Assembly: GCF_036570505.1 (NCBI RefSeq) | Contig: NZ_DATCYB010000085.1 | Span: forward strand, 1,503 to 65,502 | DNA length: 64,000 nt | From: Allosphingosinicella sp. | GTDB taxonomy: Bacteria > Pseudomonadota > Alphaproteobacteria > Sphingomonadales > Sphingomonadaceae | Direction of reading: 5' to 3' | In this document: one piece after another, positions 33,330-43,184 of the stretch | Position numbering within the stretch: the first letter of the stretch is position 1 | Layout of the letters: each line of letters starts with the position of its first letter | Notes under the pieces: model-generated | What the model was told of the DNA's origin: nothing | What the model saw: the letters and a program-made list of their open reading frames with translations, nothing else | The model's database searches: none | Translations under genes and position numbers: made by a program

Positions 33330-36056
33330 TTAGTTCTCGTCTCCGCCTTCGACGGCCGCGTCGCTGGCGCCGGGGGTCTGGTCTTCGGCGTCGACGACGG
33401 CTTCGGCTTCGTCCTCGCCTTCCTCGATGCGGGCGGCGGAGACGACGTGTTCGCCTTCGGCGACGTTGAAGAGGCGGACGCCGGCGCTGTTGCGGCCGAT
33501 GACGCGGGTGCCGCCTACCGCCATGCGGATGAGCTTGGCCTGGTCGGTGACCAGCATGAGCTGCTCGCCGTCATGGGCGGGGAAGCTGGCGACGACCGGG
33601 CCGTTGCGGGCGATGTTGTCGATGTTGGTGATGCCCTGGCCGCCGCGGTTGGTGCGGCGGTATTCGAAGGCGCTGCTGCGCTTGCCGTAGCCGTTGGCGC
33701 AGACGGTGAGAATGAATTCCTCGGCGTCGGCGAATTGCAGCATCCGCTCGGGGCTGAGGGTGGGCTCGTTCTCATTCTCCTTCCACGGTGCGGCGCGGAG
33801 ATAGGCGTCGCGTTCTTCTGTCGTGGCGTCGAAGCCCTTGAGAATGGAGAGCGAGATGACCTCGTCCTTGTCCTTGAGGGTGATGCCGCGAACGCCCGTG
33901 GAGGTGCGGCTCTGGAATTCGCGTACCGCCGTCGATTCGAAGCGGATCGCCTTGCCGTTGCGGGTCGCGAGGAGGGCGTCGTCTTCCCCGGTGAGGAGAG
34001 CGACCCCGATGAGGCGATCCGTCGCCTCATTGTCGAAGCGCATCGCCAGCTTGCCGTTCGAAGGCACGTTGGCGAACGCGTCCATGGAGTTGCGGCGGAC
34101 GCTTCCCTCGGCCGTCGCGAAGATGACGTGGAGGTTCTTCCACTCCGCCTCGTCCTCCGGCAGCGGCAGGACGGTGGAGATGGTCTCGCCCTCGGCCAGG
34201 GGCAGAAGGTTGACCATCGGGCGGCCGCGGGCCTGGGGGGCGCCTTCGGGGAGGCGCCAGACCTTGAGGCGGTAGACCTTGCCGGCCGTCGAGAAGAACA
34301 GGACCGGTGTGTGGGTGGAGGTGACGAACAGGTTCGTGACCGCATCCTCTTCCTTCGTCCCCATGCCGGCGCGGCCCTTGCCGCCGCGGCGCTGGGCGCG
34401 AAAGGTGGCGAGCGGGGTGCGCTTGATGTAGCCGCTCATGGTCACGGTCACGACCATGTCCTCGCGCTCGATCAGATCCTCGTCCTCGATGCCGTCGGCG
34501 GCGGCGACGATCTCGGCGACGCGGGGCGTGGCATAGGCGGCCTCGATCTCGTCGAACTCCTCCCGCATCACGGCGTAGAGCTTGGCGCGGTCGCCGAGGA
34601 TTTCGAGCAAATCGCCGATCGAGGTGGCGAGCTCACGCAACTCGCCGGCGATCTCGTCGCGGCCGAGCGCGGTCAGGCGGTGGAGGCGCAGCTCCAGGAT
34701 GGCGCGCACCTGGATGTCGCTCAGCTGATAGGTCGTGCCGTCCACCTCGGGCTCGACCGCCTCGACCAGCGCGATATAGGGCGCGATCTCCGCGATCGGC
34801 CATTCGCGGGCAATCAACGAGGCGCGCGCTTCGGCGGGGGAGGCCGAGGCGCGGATGATCCGCACCACCTCGTCGAGATTGGTGACCGCGATGACCAGGC
34901 CGAGCAATATGTGGGCGCGGTCGCGGGCCTTGGCGAGCTCGAACTTGGCACGGCGGGTGATGACCTCCTCGCGGAACTTGACGAAGGCCTCGATGATGTC
35001 GCGGAGGTTCAATGTCTCGGGACGGCCGCCGCGGATGGCAAGCATGTTGGCGGGGAAGCTCGACTGCGCGGGCGTGTGGCGCCAGAGTTGATTCAGCACC
35101 ACCTCCGGCGTCGCGTCGCGCTTCAGCTCGATGACGACGCGGACGCCCTCGCGGCTCGATTCGTCGCGAATGTCAGAGACGCCCTCGATGCGCTTATCCT
35201 TAGCGGCCTCGGCGATCTTCTCGACCAGTCCGTTCTTGCCGACCTGGAAGGGGATGGCGGTCAGCACGATCGAGCGGCGGTCGCCACGGCCTTCCTCTAC
35301 CACATGGCGCGAACGCATCATGATCGAACCGCGGCCGGTATGGTAGGCGCTGCGGGCGCCGGCCTGGCCGAGAATCAGCGGCCCGGTCGGGAAATCGGGG
35401 GCCGGGACGATCTCGATGAGCTCGTCGATGGTGATGCCGGGATTGTCCATATAGGCTTTGCAGGCGGCCAGTACTTCGCCGAGATTGTGCGGCGGAATGT
35501 TGGTCGCCATGCCGACCGCGATACCGCCGGCGCCGTTGACCAGGATGTTCGGGAAGCGGGCGGGGAGGACCTGCGGCTCGCTTTCCGAGGCGTCGTAATT
35601 GGGCTGGAAGTCGACGGTGTCCTTGTCGATGTCGTCGAGCAGGGCGTTGGCGACGCGGGCGAGGCGCGCCTCGGTGTAGCGCATCGCCGCCGGCGGATCG
35701 GGATCCATCGATCCGAAATTGCCCTGGCCGTCGATCAGCGGCACGCGCATCGACCAGTCCTGGGTCATGCGGGCCAGAGCGTCGTAGATCGAGGAATCGC
35801 CGTGCGGGTGGTATTTACCCATCACCTCACCGACGAGGCGGGCCGACTTGCGATAGGGCCGTCCGGCGACGAAGCCGGCCTCCTGCGCGGCGTAGAGGAT
35901 GCGGCGGTGGACGGGCTTGAGGCCGTCGCGCACGTCGGGAAGGGCGCGCGCGACGATCACCGACATCGCATAGTCGAGGTAACTGGTCTTCATCTCCTCG
36001 ACGATGGAGACGGGGGAAATGTCGCTGTTTTCGATGGTCGGCGGTGCGCTGGCCAC
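33330..36056 (-). CDS. gyrA: DNA gyrase subunit A
   Basis: [51 protein letters not shown]-terminal beta-pinwheel repeats. GTG 36056 ([11 protein letters not shown]) with AGGAA SD preferred over the 964-aa extension. Confidence 0.97.
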   Translation of the reverse strand: MASAPPTIENSDISPVSIVEEMKTSYLDYAMSVIVARALPDVRDGLKPVHRRILYAAQEAGFVAGRPYRKSARLVGEVMGKYHPHGDSSIYDALARMTQDWSMRVPLIDGQGNFGSMDPDPPAAMRYTEARLARVANALLDDIDKDTVDFQPNYDASESEPQVLPARFPNILVNGAGGIAVGMATNIPPHNLGEVLAACKAYMDNPGITIDELIEIVPAPDFPTGPLILGQAGARSAYHTGRGSIMMRSRHVVEEGRGDRRSIVLTAIPFQVGKNGLVEKIAEAAKDKRIEGVSDIRDESSREGVRVVIELKRDATPEVVLNQLWRHTPAQSSFPANMLAIRGGRPETLNLRDIIEAFVKFREEVITRRAKFELAKARDRAHILLGLVIAVTNLDEVVRIIRASASPAEARASLIAREWPIAEIAPYIALVEAVEPEVDGTTYQLSDIQVRAILELRLHRLTALGRDEIAGELRELATSIGDLLEILGDRAKLYAVMREEFDEIEAAYATPRVAEIVAAADGIEDEDLIEREDMVVTVTMSGYIKRTPLATFRAQRRGGKGRAGMGTKEEDAVTNLFVTSTHTPVLFFSTAGKVYRLKVWRLPEGAPQARGRPMVNLLPLAEGETISTVLPLPEDEAEWKNLHVIFATAEGSVRRNSMDAFANVPSNGKLAMRFDNEATDRLIGVALLTGEDDALLATRNGKAIRFESTAVREFQSRTSTGVRGITLKDKDEVISLSILKGFDATTEERDAYLRAAPWKENENEPTLSPERMLQFADAEEFILTVCANGYGKRSSAFEYRRTNRGGQGITNIDNIARNGPVVASFPAHDGEQLMLVTDQAKLIRMAVGGTRVIGRNSAGVRLFNVAEGEHVVSAARIEEGEDEAEAVVDAEDQTPGASDAAVEGGDEN

Positions 36057-36386
36057 TATGGGTTCCTGATGTTGTGACGAATGAAGCGCTTCACGCGCGG
36101 GAAAGAATGGGCCCTTTCTAGACCATGGCCCAAGGGAACGCCACCCCGCGCGCGTACACGCGCACGCGCGAGGCGGGCAGGCTCGAATGCCGGCGGCGTT
36201 AGTCGGGCGCGGTCCGCCGGTCAAACGGAGGATTCGGCGAATTCCCGTTCCATCGCCGAGGGTTGCGGTTCAAGCGCCGTTCACCGCAACTCGGCTAGAA
36301 AGGAGGGGTAATTGGCGATAGAAGCACGCGTTTCCCCGCGAAACCCGCTTCAGGCGAAAAGTGCGCAAACAGGAGGTTTCCACCCG

Positions 36387-37610
36387 ATGATTTCCGTTTC
36401 CAGGGCCGCGCTCGGCCTGGCGCTTGCATTGGGTGGGGGCCTGATCGCGGCCGCGTCGCCGGGGCTGGCCCAGGAGCAAAGGGCCATTACCCTGAACGAG
36501 CAGGAGCGGACCGCGCTCCAGGCTCTGAAGACCGCGCTCGAAACCAAGAATTACGCGGCGGCGACCAGCGCGCTCACGACGGCCCAGCAGGTCGCCCGCT
36601 CGGGCTACAGCCGCTATCTCGCGTCCGCGCTCCAGCTTCGCCTGGGTCTCGAGACGAAAAGTTACGGCCTTCAGAAGACGGCGATCGACGCGATGGTCGG
36701 CAGCGGTTCGGCGCCCGCCGGGGCCCTTCCGCAGCTTTACAAGAGCCAGGGCGCGCTGGCGATGAGCGCGGGCAAATATGAGGATGCAGAAGAGGCCTTT
36801 ACCCGCTGGACCCAAGTGGCCCCCAACGATCCGGAAGCCTTCCTCGCGCTCGCCAAGGCCAAGGAGGTCCGCAAGAAGGTACCGGAAGCGGTCGCCATGA
36901 TCTCCCATGCGATCAAGATTCAGTCGGCGGGCAATCGTCCAGTGCCCGAATCCTGGTATCTGCGGGGGTTGAAGCATGCCTTCGACGCGAAGATGGTGCC
37001 GCAGAGCCTCGACTTTAGCCGGGCGCTGGTCGCGGCCTATCCGACCGTCCAGAACTGGCGCGACGCGCTGCTCGTGCGAAGCGATCTCGGGCAGCTCGAT
37101 CCGGCCGCCACGCTCGACCTTCTAAGGCTGCTTCGCGGGAGCAAGGCCCTGGCCGGCGAGCGCGATTATTACGCCTTCGCCGAGGCTTTGATCGCCGCCG
37201 ATTTCGGCGCGGAGGCCAAGGCCGTGCTCGACGAGGGTATCGCCGCCAAGATGGTCGATGCCTCCGAAGGGAAGACCAAGGAGCTGCTCACCTCGGCCAA
37301 GAAGGCGACGACCGCGTCTTCCGCGCTGGCGGGCCTCGAAATCAAGGCGACGTCGGCAGCGACCGGCGCGGCCGCGATGACGGCCGCCGACGCCTATTTC
37401 GGCCATGGCGACTATGCCAAGGCGGCGGCGATGTACCGTGCGGCCCTCCAGAAAGGGTCGATCGATCCGAACGTCGCCAATACGCGCCTGGGCATGGCCC
37501 TCGGGCTTGCCGGGCAAAAGGCGGAGGCGGAAACTGCGCTCCGCACTGTCACCGGCCCCCGCGCCGATCTCGCATCCCTCTGGCTGCTCTGGCTCGCCCA
37601 GCGCGGCTAA
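36387..37610 (+). CDS. secreted TPR-like repeat protein, paralogue 1
   Basis: AGGAGG SD, signal peptide ending GLAQ, all-helical Ala-rich repeats. C-terminal half aligns with the next gene. Confidence 0.75.
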   Translation: MISVSRAALGLALALGGGLIAAASPGLAQEQRAITLNEQERTALQALKTALETKNYAAATSALTTAQQVARSGYSRYLASALQLRLGLETKSYGLQKTAIDAMVGSGSAPAGALPQLYKSQGALAMSAGKYEDAEEAFTRWTQVAPNDPEAFLALAKAKEVRKKVPEAVAMISHAIKIQSAGNRPVPESWYLRGLKHAFDAKMVPQSLDFSRALVAAYPTVQNWRDALLVRSDLGQLDPAATLDLLRLLRGSKALAGERDYYAFAEALIAADFGAEAKAVLDEGIAAKMVDASEGKTKELLTSAKKATTASSALAGLEIKATSAATGAAAMTAADAYFGHGDYAKAAAMYRAALQKGSIDPNVANTRLGMALGLAGQKAEAETALRTVTGPRADLASLWLLWLAQRG

Positions 37611-37648
37611 TATCGCTAGAAGACCCCATCCTGCAGGAGACGATACTC

Positions 37649-38881
37649 ATGAAATTCACTTCGATCTTCGCGATCGGCATCGCGCTCGCCCTCGGCGGCG
37701 TGTCCGTCGCCGCGCCCGCTTATGCCGCTCAGGAAGAGGGCCAGGCAGAACGCAAGTATGCATTCAGCGATGCGGCTCGCCCCGCTCTCGCGGAACTGCA
37801 GAAGGCTATGCAGGGAACCGATGCCGCGGCATTCCAGGCCGCGCTCGCCAAGGCCCAGGCCGCCGCGCAGACCAGCGACGACCGCTACGTCATCGCGCAG
37901 TTCCAGCTCAACCAGGCGATCAAGACCAGTGACGAGGCGGGCAAGCTCGCCGCGATCGAGGCGATGATCGCGAGCGGCGGCGCCACCGCGGCCGAGCTTC
38001 CGACGCTCTATTCCAACCTCGGCGCGATCACCTTCAACGCCGGCGACTATGCGAAGGCCGCCGCGGCCTTCAAGAAGCTGATCGAGCTGCAGCCCGATAA
38101 TGCGGATGCGAAGTCCAACCTTGCCGCCGCGCTGGCGCAGCAGGGCAACCCGGCGGAAGCCGCGGCTCTTGTGCAGCAGCGTATTGCCGCGGCGGAAGCG
38201 GCCGGTCAGGCCGTTCCGGAGGGGCTTTACAAGCAGGCGCTCGCGCTGGCCTATGAAGCGCGCTCCCCGCAGAGCCTGGAGCTCAGCCGCGAGCTCGTCG
38301 AAGCTTATCCGACCGCCGAGAACTGGCGCGACGCGCTGATGATCTTCCGCGATCTCCGCAATCCGACCGGCGATGCGAATCTCGATCTGATGCGCCTGAT
38401 GCGGGCGACGAAATCGCTGAACGGCGAGCGCGATTATTATGAGCTGGCCGAGGCGGCCAACTCGAAGGGCCTGCCGGGCGAGGCCAAGGCGGTGCTCGAA
38501 GCGGGTATTGCCGCCAAGGCGGTGAACGCCACCAAGCCGGCTTTCAAGGAACTCCTCGCCTCCGCCTCGAGCAAGGTCGAGCAGGACCGGGCGTCGCTGT
38601 CCGGGCTCGAGGCGAAGGCGAAGGCCGCGTCCGACGGCAAGCTCGCGCTCAACACCGGCGATGCCTATTATGGCTATGGCGAATATGCGAAGGCGGCTGC
38701 CTTGTATCGCGTTGCCCTCGAGAAGGGCTCGGTGGACGCCAATGTCGCCAACACGCGCCTCGGCATGGCCCTCGCCCTGGCCGGCCAGAAGGCGGAGGCC
38801 GAGGCGGCGCTGAAGGCGGTGACCGGCCCGCGCGCCGACATCGCCGGCTACTGGCTGACCTGGCTCAACCAGAGCGCCTGA
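37649..38881 (+). CDS. secreted TPR-like repeat protein, paralogue 2
   Basis: Signal peptide MKFTSIFAIGIALALGGVSVAAPAYA. Shares NWRDAL, GERDYY, GDYAKAAA.YR.AL.KGS.D.NVANTRLGMAL.LAGQKAEAE.AL..VTGPRAD with paralogue 1. Confidence 0.8.
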   Translation: MKFTSIFAIGIALALGGVSVAAPAYAAQEEGQAERKYAFSDAARPALAELQKAMQGTDAAAFQAALAKAQAAAQTSDDRYVIAQFQLNQAIKTSDEAGKLAAIEAMIASGGATAAELPTLYSNLGAITFNAGDYAKAAAAFKKLIELQPDNADAKSNLAAALAQQGNPAEAAALVQQRIAAAEAAGQAVPEGLYKQALALAYEARSPQSLELSRELVEAYPTAENWRDALMIFRDLRNPTGDANLDLMRLMRATKSLNGERDYYELAEAANSKGLPGEAKAVLEAGIAAKAVNATKPAFKELLASASSKVEQDRASLSGLEAKAKAASDGKLALNTGDAYYGYGEYAKAAALYRVALEKGSVDANVANTRLGMALALAGQKAEAEAALKAVTGPRADIAGYWLTWLNQSA

Positions 38882-38901
38882 TCGACGCGTCAGACTGTAC
38901 G

Positions 38902-38933
38902 GAAGGGGCGTCGGCTTGTGCCGGCGCCCCTTC
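38902..38933 (+). terminator. rho-independent terminator after the TPR gene pair
   Basis: GAAGGGGCGTCGGC ttgt GCCGGCGCCCCTTC (14-bp stem with one G-T pair) followed by TGTTTG. Confidence 0.6.
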
Positions 38934-39063
38934 TGTTTGCGCGACGCGGCGTCCCATATTGCAACGCGCTCCAATTCCGGCTTCCGCGCCCTTCGGCAGG
39001 AGGGTAGCGTCGGCAAATGCGAGACTCCGGAAGAACGGCGTTTCGCGAGTTGGGGAACTGGGC

Positions 39064-40713
39064 GTGCGCTTCGACGACAGATTCGCGACGGTGATGGCGC
39101 TGCCTGCGGACAACCCCTCCGCCCGGGCGGCGAAATGGCGCCAGCTCGTCGATCTCCTCGCCCAGCGGGGCGACGGCGACGAAAGCACCCAGCTTGACGA
39201 AGCCTATGCCTGGCTCGAGGCGCGCCGCATCGAAATCGATCCGGCGACGCGCCGTGAAGCCGCCCGGGCGCTCGCCGGCCGCGCGATCGCGCCGGACCTC
39301 TTCGCCTTCTTCGCCCGGGATCATGCTTCGGTCGTGGCGCCGCTCGCGGCCGGCGCTCGCCTGGAGCGCGAGGACTGGATCCGGCTCCTGCCGTCCCTGA
39401 CGCCCACCGCGCGCGCCCTGCTGCGCCATCGCCGCGACCTCGATCCCAAGGTCGCCTTGGCCCTCAACAGCTTCGGCCCCAGCGATTTCGTCATTTCCGG
39501 CGCCGTCGCGGCGGGAATCGGGGCAGGGGGGCCGCCCGCTCACCCGGCGGCGGAGGCCGGGGAAGCGCAGATTCGCGACCTCGTCGCCCGCATCGAGGCT
39601 TTTCGCCAGCAGCGCGCGACCCGACCTTCCGATCCCTTTCCGGATCGGGCCCAGGCCGACGCGATCGAGGCGTTTCGCTGGGAGGCGGGCGCCGATGGCG
39701 TGGTCGTCTGGGTCGGCGACGCGCCGCGCGGGCCGCTGGTCGGCCAGACGATCGCGAGCATCGCCGAGCAGGGCCATTTCGGTGTCGACGGCCAAGCCGC
39801 CGGCGCCTTCGAGAAACGGTCGCCGTTCCGCGACGCCCGGTTCAAGGTAGCCGGGTCCGGCCCCGCAGCGGGCGACTGGCGCATCTCCGGCGTGCCCTTT
39901 TTCGATCCGGCGACCGGGAGCTTCCTGGGCTATCGGGGCAGCGCCCGCCGGCCGCGCGTCGACGAGATAGCCCGGGCCCAGTCCGCGCCGGACACCGTCT
40001 TCGGCCCCAATCTCCCAGCGGATTCGCTCCGCCAGCTCGTGCACGAGCTGAGGACGCCCCTCAACGCGATCGTCGGCTTCGCCGAGATGATCGACGGTCA
40101 GTATATGGGGCCGGCGGGCGCTAACTACCGCTCGCGCGCGGCCGAGATCATGGATCAGGCAAGCCGTCTGCTCTCCGCCGTCGACGATCTCGACACCGCC
40201 GCCCGCATCGAAACGAGCCGCTTGTCCCTGGACGAGAGCACGACCGACGTCGTCGCGCTGCTCTGCCGCCTGCACGATGCCTATGAGCGTGTGGCGAGCC
40301 AGCGCCATTCCCGCATCGCCATCGAGATCGCCAGCGGCCTCCCTCCCGCCCGGGTCGAGCTGGGCGCCGCCGAGCGCATGTTCGCGCGCATGCTCGCCGC
40401 CACGATCGGCCTTGCCAAGGACGGCGAAACCATTTCCGCCACCCTCGGCATGGATCCCGTCGGCGCATCCCGGATGCTATGCCTGTCGATCGACCGCCCG
40501 AGCGCCATCGAGGGGCCCGACGAGGCGGCTTTGCTCGATCCCGGCTACAGCCCCGACGGCGACTGGCCCGGCGCACCCGCGCTCGGCCTCGGTTTCGCGC
40601 TGCGCCTGGTCCGTAACCTGGCCGAGGCGGTCGGCGGCGCGCTCCACGTCGGCATGGATCGGTTCTCTCTCTACCTCCCGCCGGCCGAGGCCGGCGAACG
40701 CTCGACCGGCTAG
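39064..40713 (+). CDS. cytoplasmic sensor histidine kinase-like protein with degenerate ATP-binding domain
   Basis: H-box LVHELRTPLNAIVGFAEMI and G2-like GLGFALRLVRNL. The N-box Asn and the DxGxG G1 box are not recognisable. No TM segment. GTG 39064 (VRFDDRFATV) chosen; upstream starts back to 38959 remain possible. Confidence 0.75.
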   Translation: MRFDDRFATVMALPADNPSARAAKWRQLVDLLAQRGDGDESTQLDEAYAWLEARRIEIDPATRREAARALAGRAIAPDLFAFFARDHASVVAPLAAGARLEREDWIRLLPSLTPTARALLRHRRDLDPKVALALNSFGPSDFVISGAVAAGIGAGGPPAHPAAEAGEAQIRDLVARIEAFRQQRATRPSDPFPDRAQADAIEAFRWEAGADGVVVWVGDAPRGPLVGQTIASIAEQGHFGVDGQAAGAFEKRSPFRDARFKVAGSGPAAGDWRISGVPFFDPATGSFLGYRGSARRPRVDEIARAQSAPDTVFGPNLPADSLRQLVHELRTPLNAIVGFAEMIDGQYMGPAGANYRSRAAEIMDQASRLLSAVDDLDTAARIETSRLSLDESTTDVVALLCRLHDAYERVASQRHSRIAIEIASGLPPARVELGAAERMFARMLAATIGLAKDGETISATLGMDPVGASRMLCLSIDRPSAIEGPDEAALLDPGYSPDGDWPGAPALGLGFALRLVRNLAEAVGGALHVGMDRFSLYLPPAEAGERSTG

Positions 40714-40804
40714 ACCGCTTTGGCGGGCGCCTGGTGCGGAGTTTCGCGCGGCTTGCCAAGCGTCGATCCGCTCCGCTATCGGCGTGCCCGAGCACAACGG
40801 GTGA

Positions 40805-40879
40805 GGGCCTGTAGCTCAACGGTAGAGCCGGCCGCTCATAACGGCTAGGTTGGGGGTTCGAATCCCTCCGGGCCCACCA
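40805..40879 (+). tRNA. tRNA with CAU anticodon (elongator Met, or Ile2 if lysidine-modified)
   Basis: Cloverleaf folded by hand: acceptor GGGCCTG/CGGGCCC, D arm GCTC-AACGGTA-GAGC, anticodon loop CTCATAA, T arm GGGGG-TTCGAAT-CCCTC, encoded CCA. Confidence 0.9.
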
Positions 40880-40976
40880 GGATTTCGATCAAAGTGGTAC
40901 TTTGATCGAGGGCGGAAGGAGGAGGCTTTCCTCTTTCCTCCTGCCGCGGGTCGAAGTAGCATTTTGACCCGATGAT

Positions 40977-41056
<80 letters not shown>

Positions 41057-41163
41057 TTCGCCCAGACCGCCCGCTGAACCTGGAGCCGAGCTTGGGGAGC
41101 ATCCATGAGAGCCGGACGGGGAAGGCGGGGGAGGGGTGCCGATTTGGGTAGAGGAGGGGCTCA

Positions 41164-41505
41164 ATGATCGAAGGTAGCTGCCATTGCGGCGCGGTTCGCC
41201 TCACGCTGCCGGAGCCTCCGCCGGATCTTGGCAGCTGCAACTGCTCCCTGTGCCGCCGCATCGGCGGGCTTTGGGGCTATTATCGGCCCGATCAGGTCGC
41301 GGTCCACGATCCGGACGCCCAACTCGCGGGCTATGTCCAGGGCGATGCGACGCTGACCTGCTGGCACTGCGCGCGCTGCGGCTGCACCACCCACTGGTCG
41401 CCGCGCGATCCGGCGCTGGAGCGGATGGGCGTCAATTTACGCCTTTTCGATCCCGCCATCTGGGAGCCGCTGCCCCGCCGGCTGATTGACGGCGCGAACT
41501 GGTAG
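41164..41505 (+). CDS. GFA (glutathione-dependent formaldehyde-activating/CENP-V) family protein
   Basis: 113 aa. Zn-Cys motifs CHCGAV, CNCSLC, CARCGC. Confidence 0.85.
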   Translation: MIEGSCHCGAVRLTLPEPPPDLGSCNCSLCRRIGGLWGYYRPDQVAVHDPDAQLAGYVQGDATLTCWHCARCGCTTHWSPRDPALERMGVNLRLFDPAIWEPLPRRLIDGANW

Positions 41506-41544
41506 GGCTTCGCTCAACTATCCGCCAACTCCTGCTGCCGCTTA

Positions 41545-41590
<46 letters not shown>

Positions 41591-41603
41591 GCCTTCGCTG
41601 AAG

Positions 41604-43007
41604 CTATGGCTGGCGAGCCGGAGCTTTTTCCGACACCCGCTCGATCGTCTCCGGCGCGTTCGCCGTGATCGACAGCATGGTCGTCCAGGCGGCGACATTC
41701 TGGCGCAGTTCTTCCGGATCGATCTTGTCGAGCGTGTCGTCGGGGGTGTGGTGATAGTCGAAATAAAGAGTGCCGTCCTGATTGAGGTCGATCGCGGCCA
41801 CGCCGGCGTTGGCGAACTCGCTGAGGTCGGCGCCGGCATTGGCCTTGCCCTGACCGCGGGTGACGCCGAGCGGAGCAAGCGCCCGGGCCAGCCGGTCGCC
41901 TAAGTCCTTGTTGGCTTCGGCAAGGCCGGTCTGGACCCGCCAGACTTTGCCCGCGCCGAAATCGGATTCGCCGACGAGGACGATATTCTCGTCCTTGTGC
42001 GCCTCGAAATAGGCGTCGCTGCCGAAACCTCCGGTTTCCTCCGAGCCGAACCAGACGACCCGTATGGTGCGGCGGGGCTGGCCCGCCTCCATGATGCGTT
42101 TCGCCGCGGCGGCCGTGATGGCGACTCCCGCGGCATTGTCGATGGCGCCGGTGGCGAGGTCCCAGCTGTCGAGATGGCCGCCGATCACGATGATCCCGGC
42201 CTTGGGATCGCTGCCCGGCACCTCGGCGACGACATTACCCGAAGGCTGGTTCTCCAGCGTGCGGGACGTGAGGACGAGGCGCAGCGTGACATTGTCGCTA
42301 CGCTCCAGCATCCGGGCGAGATTCTCCGCGTCCGGGACCGACAGCGCGCCGGCGGGAATCGGGGAGACGCCCTCGGCGAAGTTGGTCTGGCCGGTATGGG
42401 GATTGCGATGATAGTCGGTGCCGACCGAACGGATGACGACCGCCGCGGCGCCTTTTGTCGCGGCCACGGACGGCCCCACGAAACGCGCGCCGCCATAATA
42501 GCCATAGCCGGAGCCATCCTGGGTCCGCTTCATCTCGTGGGAAATAAAGGCGATCTTGCCCTTGAGGCTACCTTCCGGCGCCGCCCGCAGGGCATCGAGA
42601 GTCTCGAAGCGGACGACCTCGGCCGTGATGCCTTCCGCGGGCGTGGCGCCACTGCCGCCCAACGCGGTTACGAACAGTTTCTGCGGGAAGGGTGCGACCA
42701 CCTCGGCGGTTTCGGCGCCGCGCACCCACACCGGCATGCGGTAATCCTCGACGTGGACATTCTTGAACCCGAGCGACTTCAGCTTGGCGACGGCCCAGTC
42801 CCGGGCACGAGCTTCTTCAGGCGTGCCCGCGGGGCGGGCCCCGACTTCGGTGGTAAGGCCTTCCGCGATGTCCCAGGCGATATCGTCCTGGAGCGCGGCT
42901 TCGCGAAGCTGCTTTACCTCAGCCGGCGCCGTCTGTGCCAGAACGGGGAGGGGCGCTGCGAGCGAGAGGAGGGGAAGGGCGGCGGCGGAAAGCAGATACG
43001 TTTTCAT
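41604..43007 (-). CDS. M28-family aminopeptidase with PA domain
   Basis: Signal peptide MKTYLLSAAALPLLSLAAPLPVLAQ. Zn-ligand region IVIGGHLDSWDLATGAIDNAAGVA and FGSEETGGFGS...DYHHTPDDT. Confidence 0.85.
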   Translation of the reverse strand: MKTYLLSAAALPLLSLAAPLPVLAQTAPAEVKQLREAALQDDIAWDIAEGLTTEVGARPAGTPEEARARDWAVAKLKSLGFKNVHVEDYRMPVWVRGAETAEVVAPFPQKLFVTALGGSGATPAEGITAEVVRFETLDALRAAPEGSLKGKIAFISHEMKRTQDGSGYGYYGGARFVGPSVAATKGAAAVVIRSVGTDYHRNPHTGQTNFAEGVSPIPAGALSVPDAENLARMLERSDNVTLRLVLTSRTLENQPSGNVVAEVPGSDPKAGIIVIGGHLDSWDLATGAIDNAAGVAITAAAAKRIMEAGQPRRTIRVVWFGSEETGGFGSDAYFEAHKDENIVLVGESDFGAGKVWRVQTGLAEANKDLGDRLARALAPLGVTRGQGKANAGADLSEFANAGVAAIDLNQDGTLYFDYHHTPDDTLDKIDPEELRQNVAAWTTMLSITANAPETIERVSEKAPARQP

Positions 43008-43184
43008 GGACGCCATGCCTAACGGGATCGTCACGGCTGCGAAAGCATGAATTGGCGCAACGTCCAATAAGCGGAGCTTATCGTGCCCTCGGGATCACCG
43101 CGCACGCGGCGTTTGCCAAGCGGGGCGCCGCGCACTAACTAGCGGCGCAAATTCCCGTCACCTGAATCCGGAGAAAGCGCCGCC

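Noticed and set aside
32262-36077. 1271-aa ORF spanning the antisense strand of trmFO and gyrA
   Set aside because: It crosses an intergenic hairpin and two unrelated genes. Its composition is Gly/Ala/Asp/Arg-rich and stop-free only because of GC3 bias on the real coding strand.
40805-40879. Possibility that the CAU tRNA is the initiator tRNA-fMet
   Set aside because: Positions 1 and 72 form a normal G-C pair, and the anticodon stem lacks the three consecutive G-C pairs typical of initiators. It is therefore an elongator Met or Ile2(CAU).
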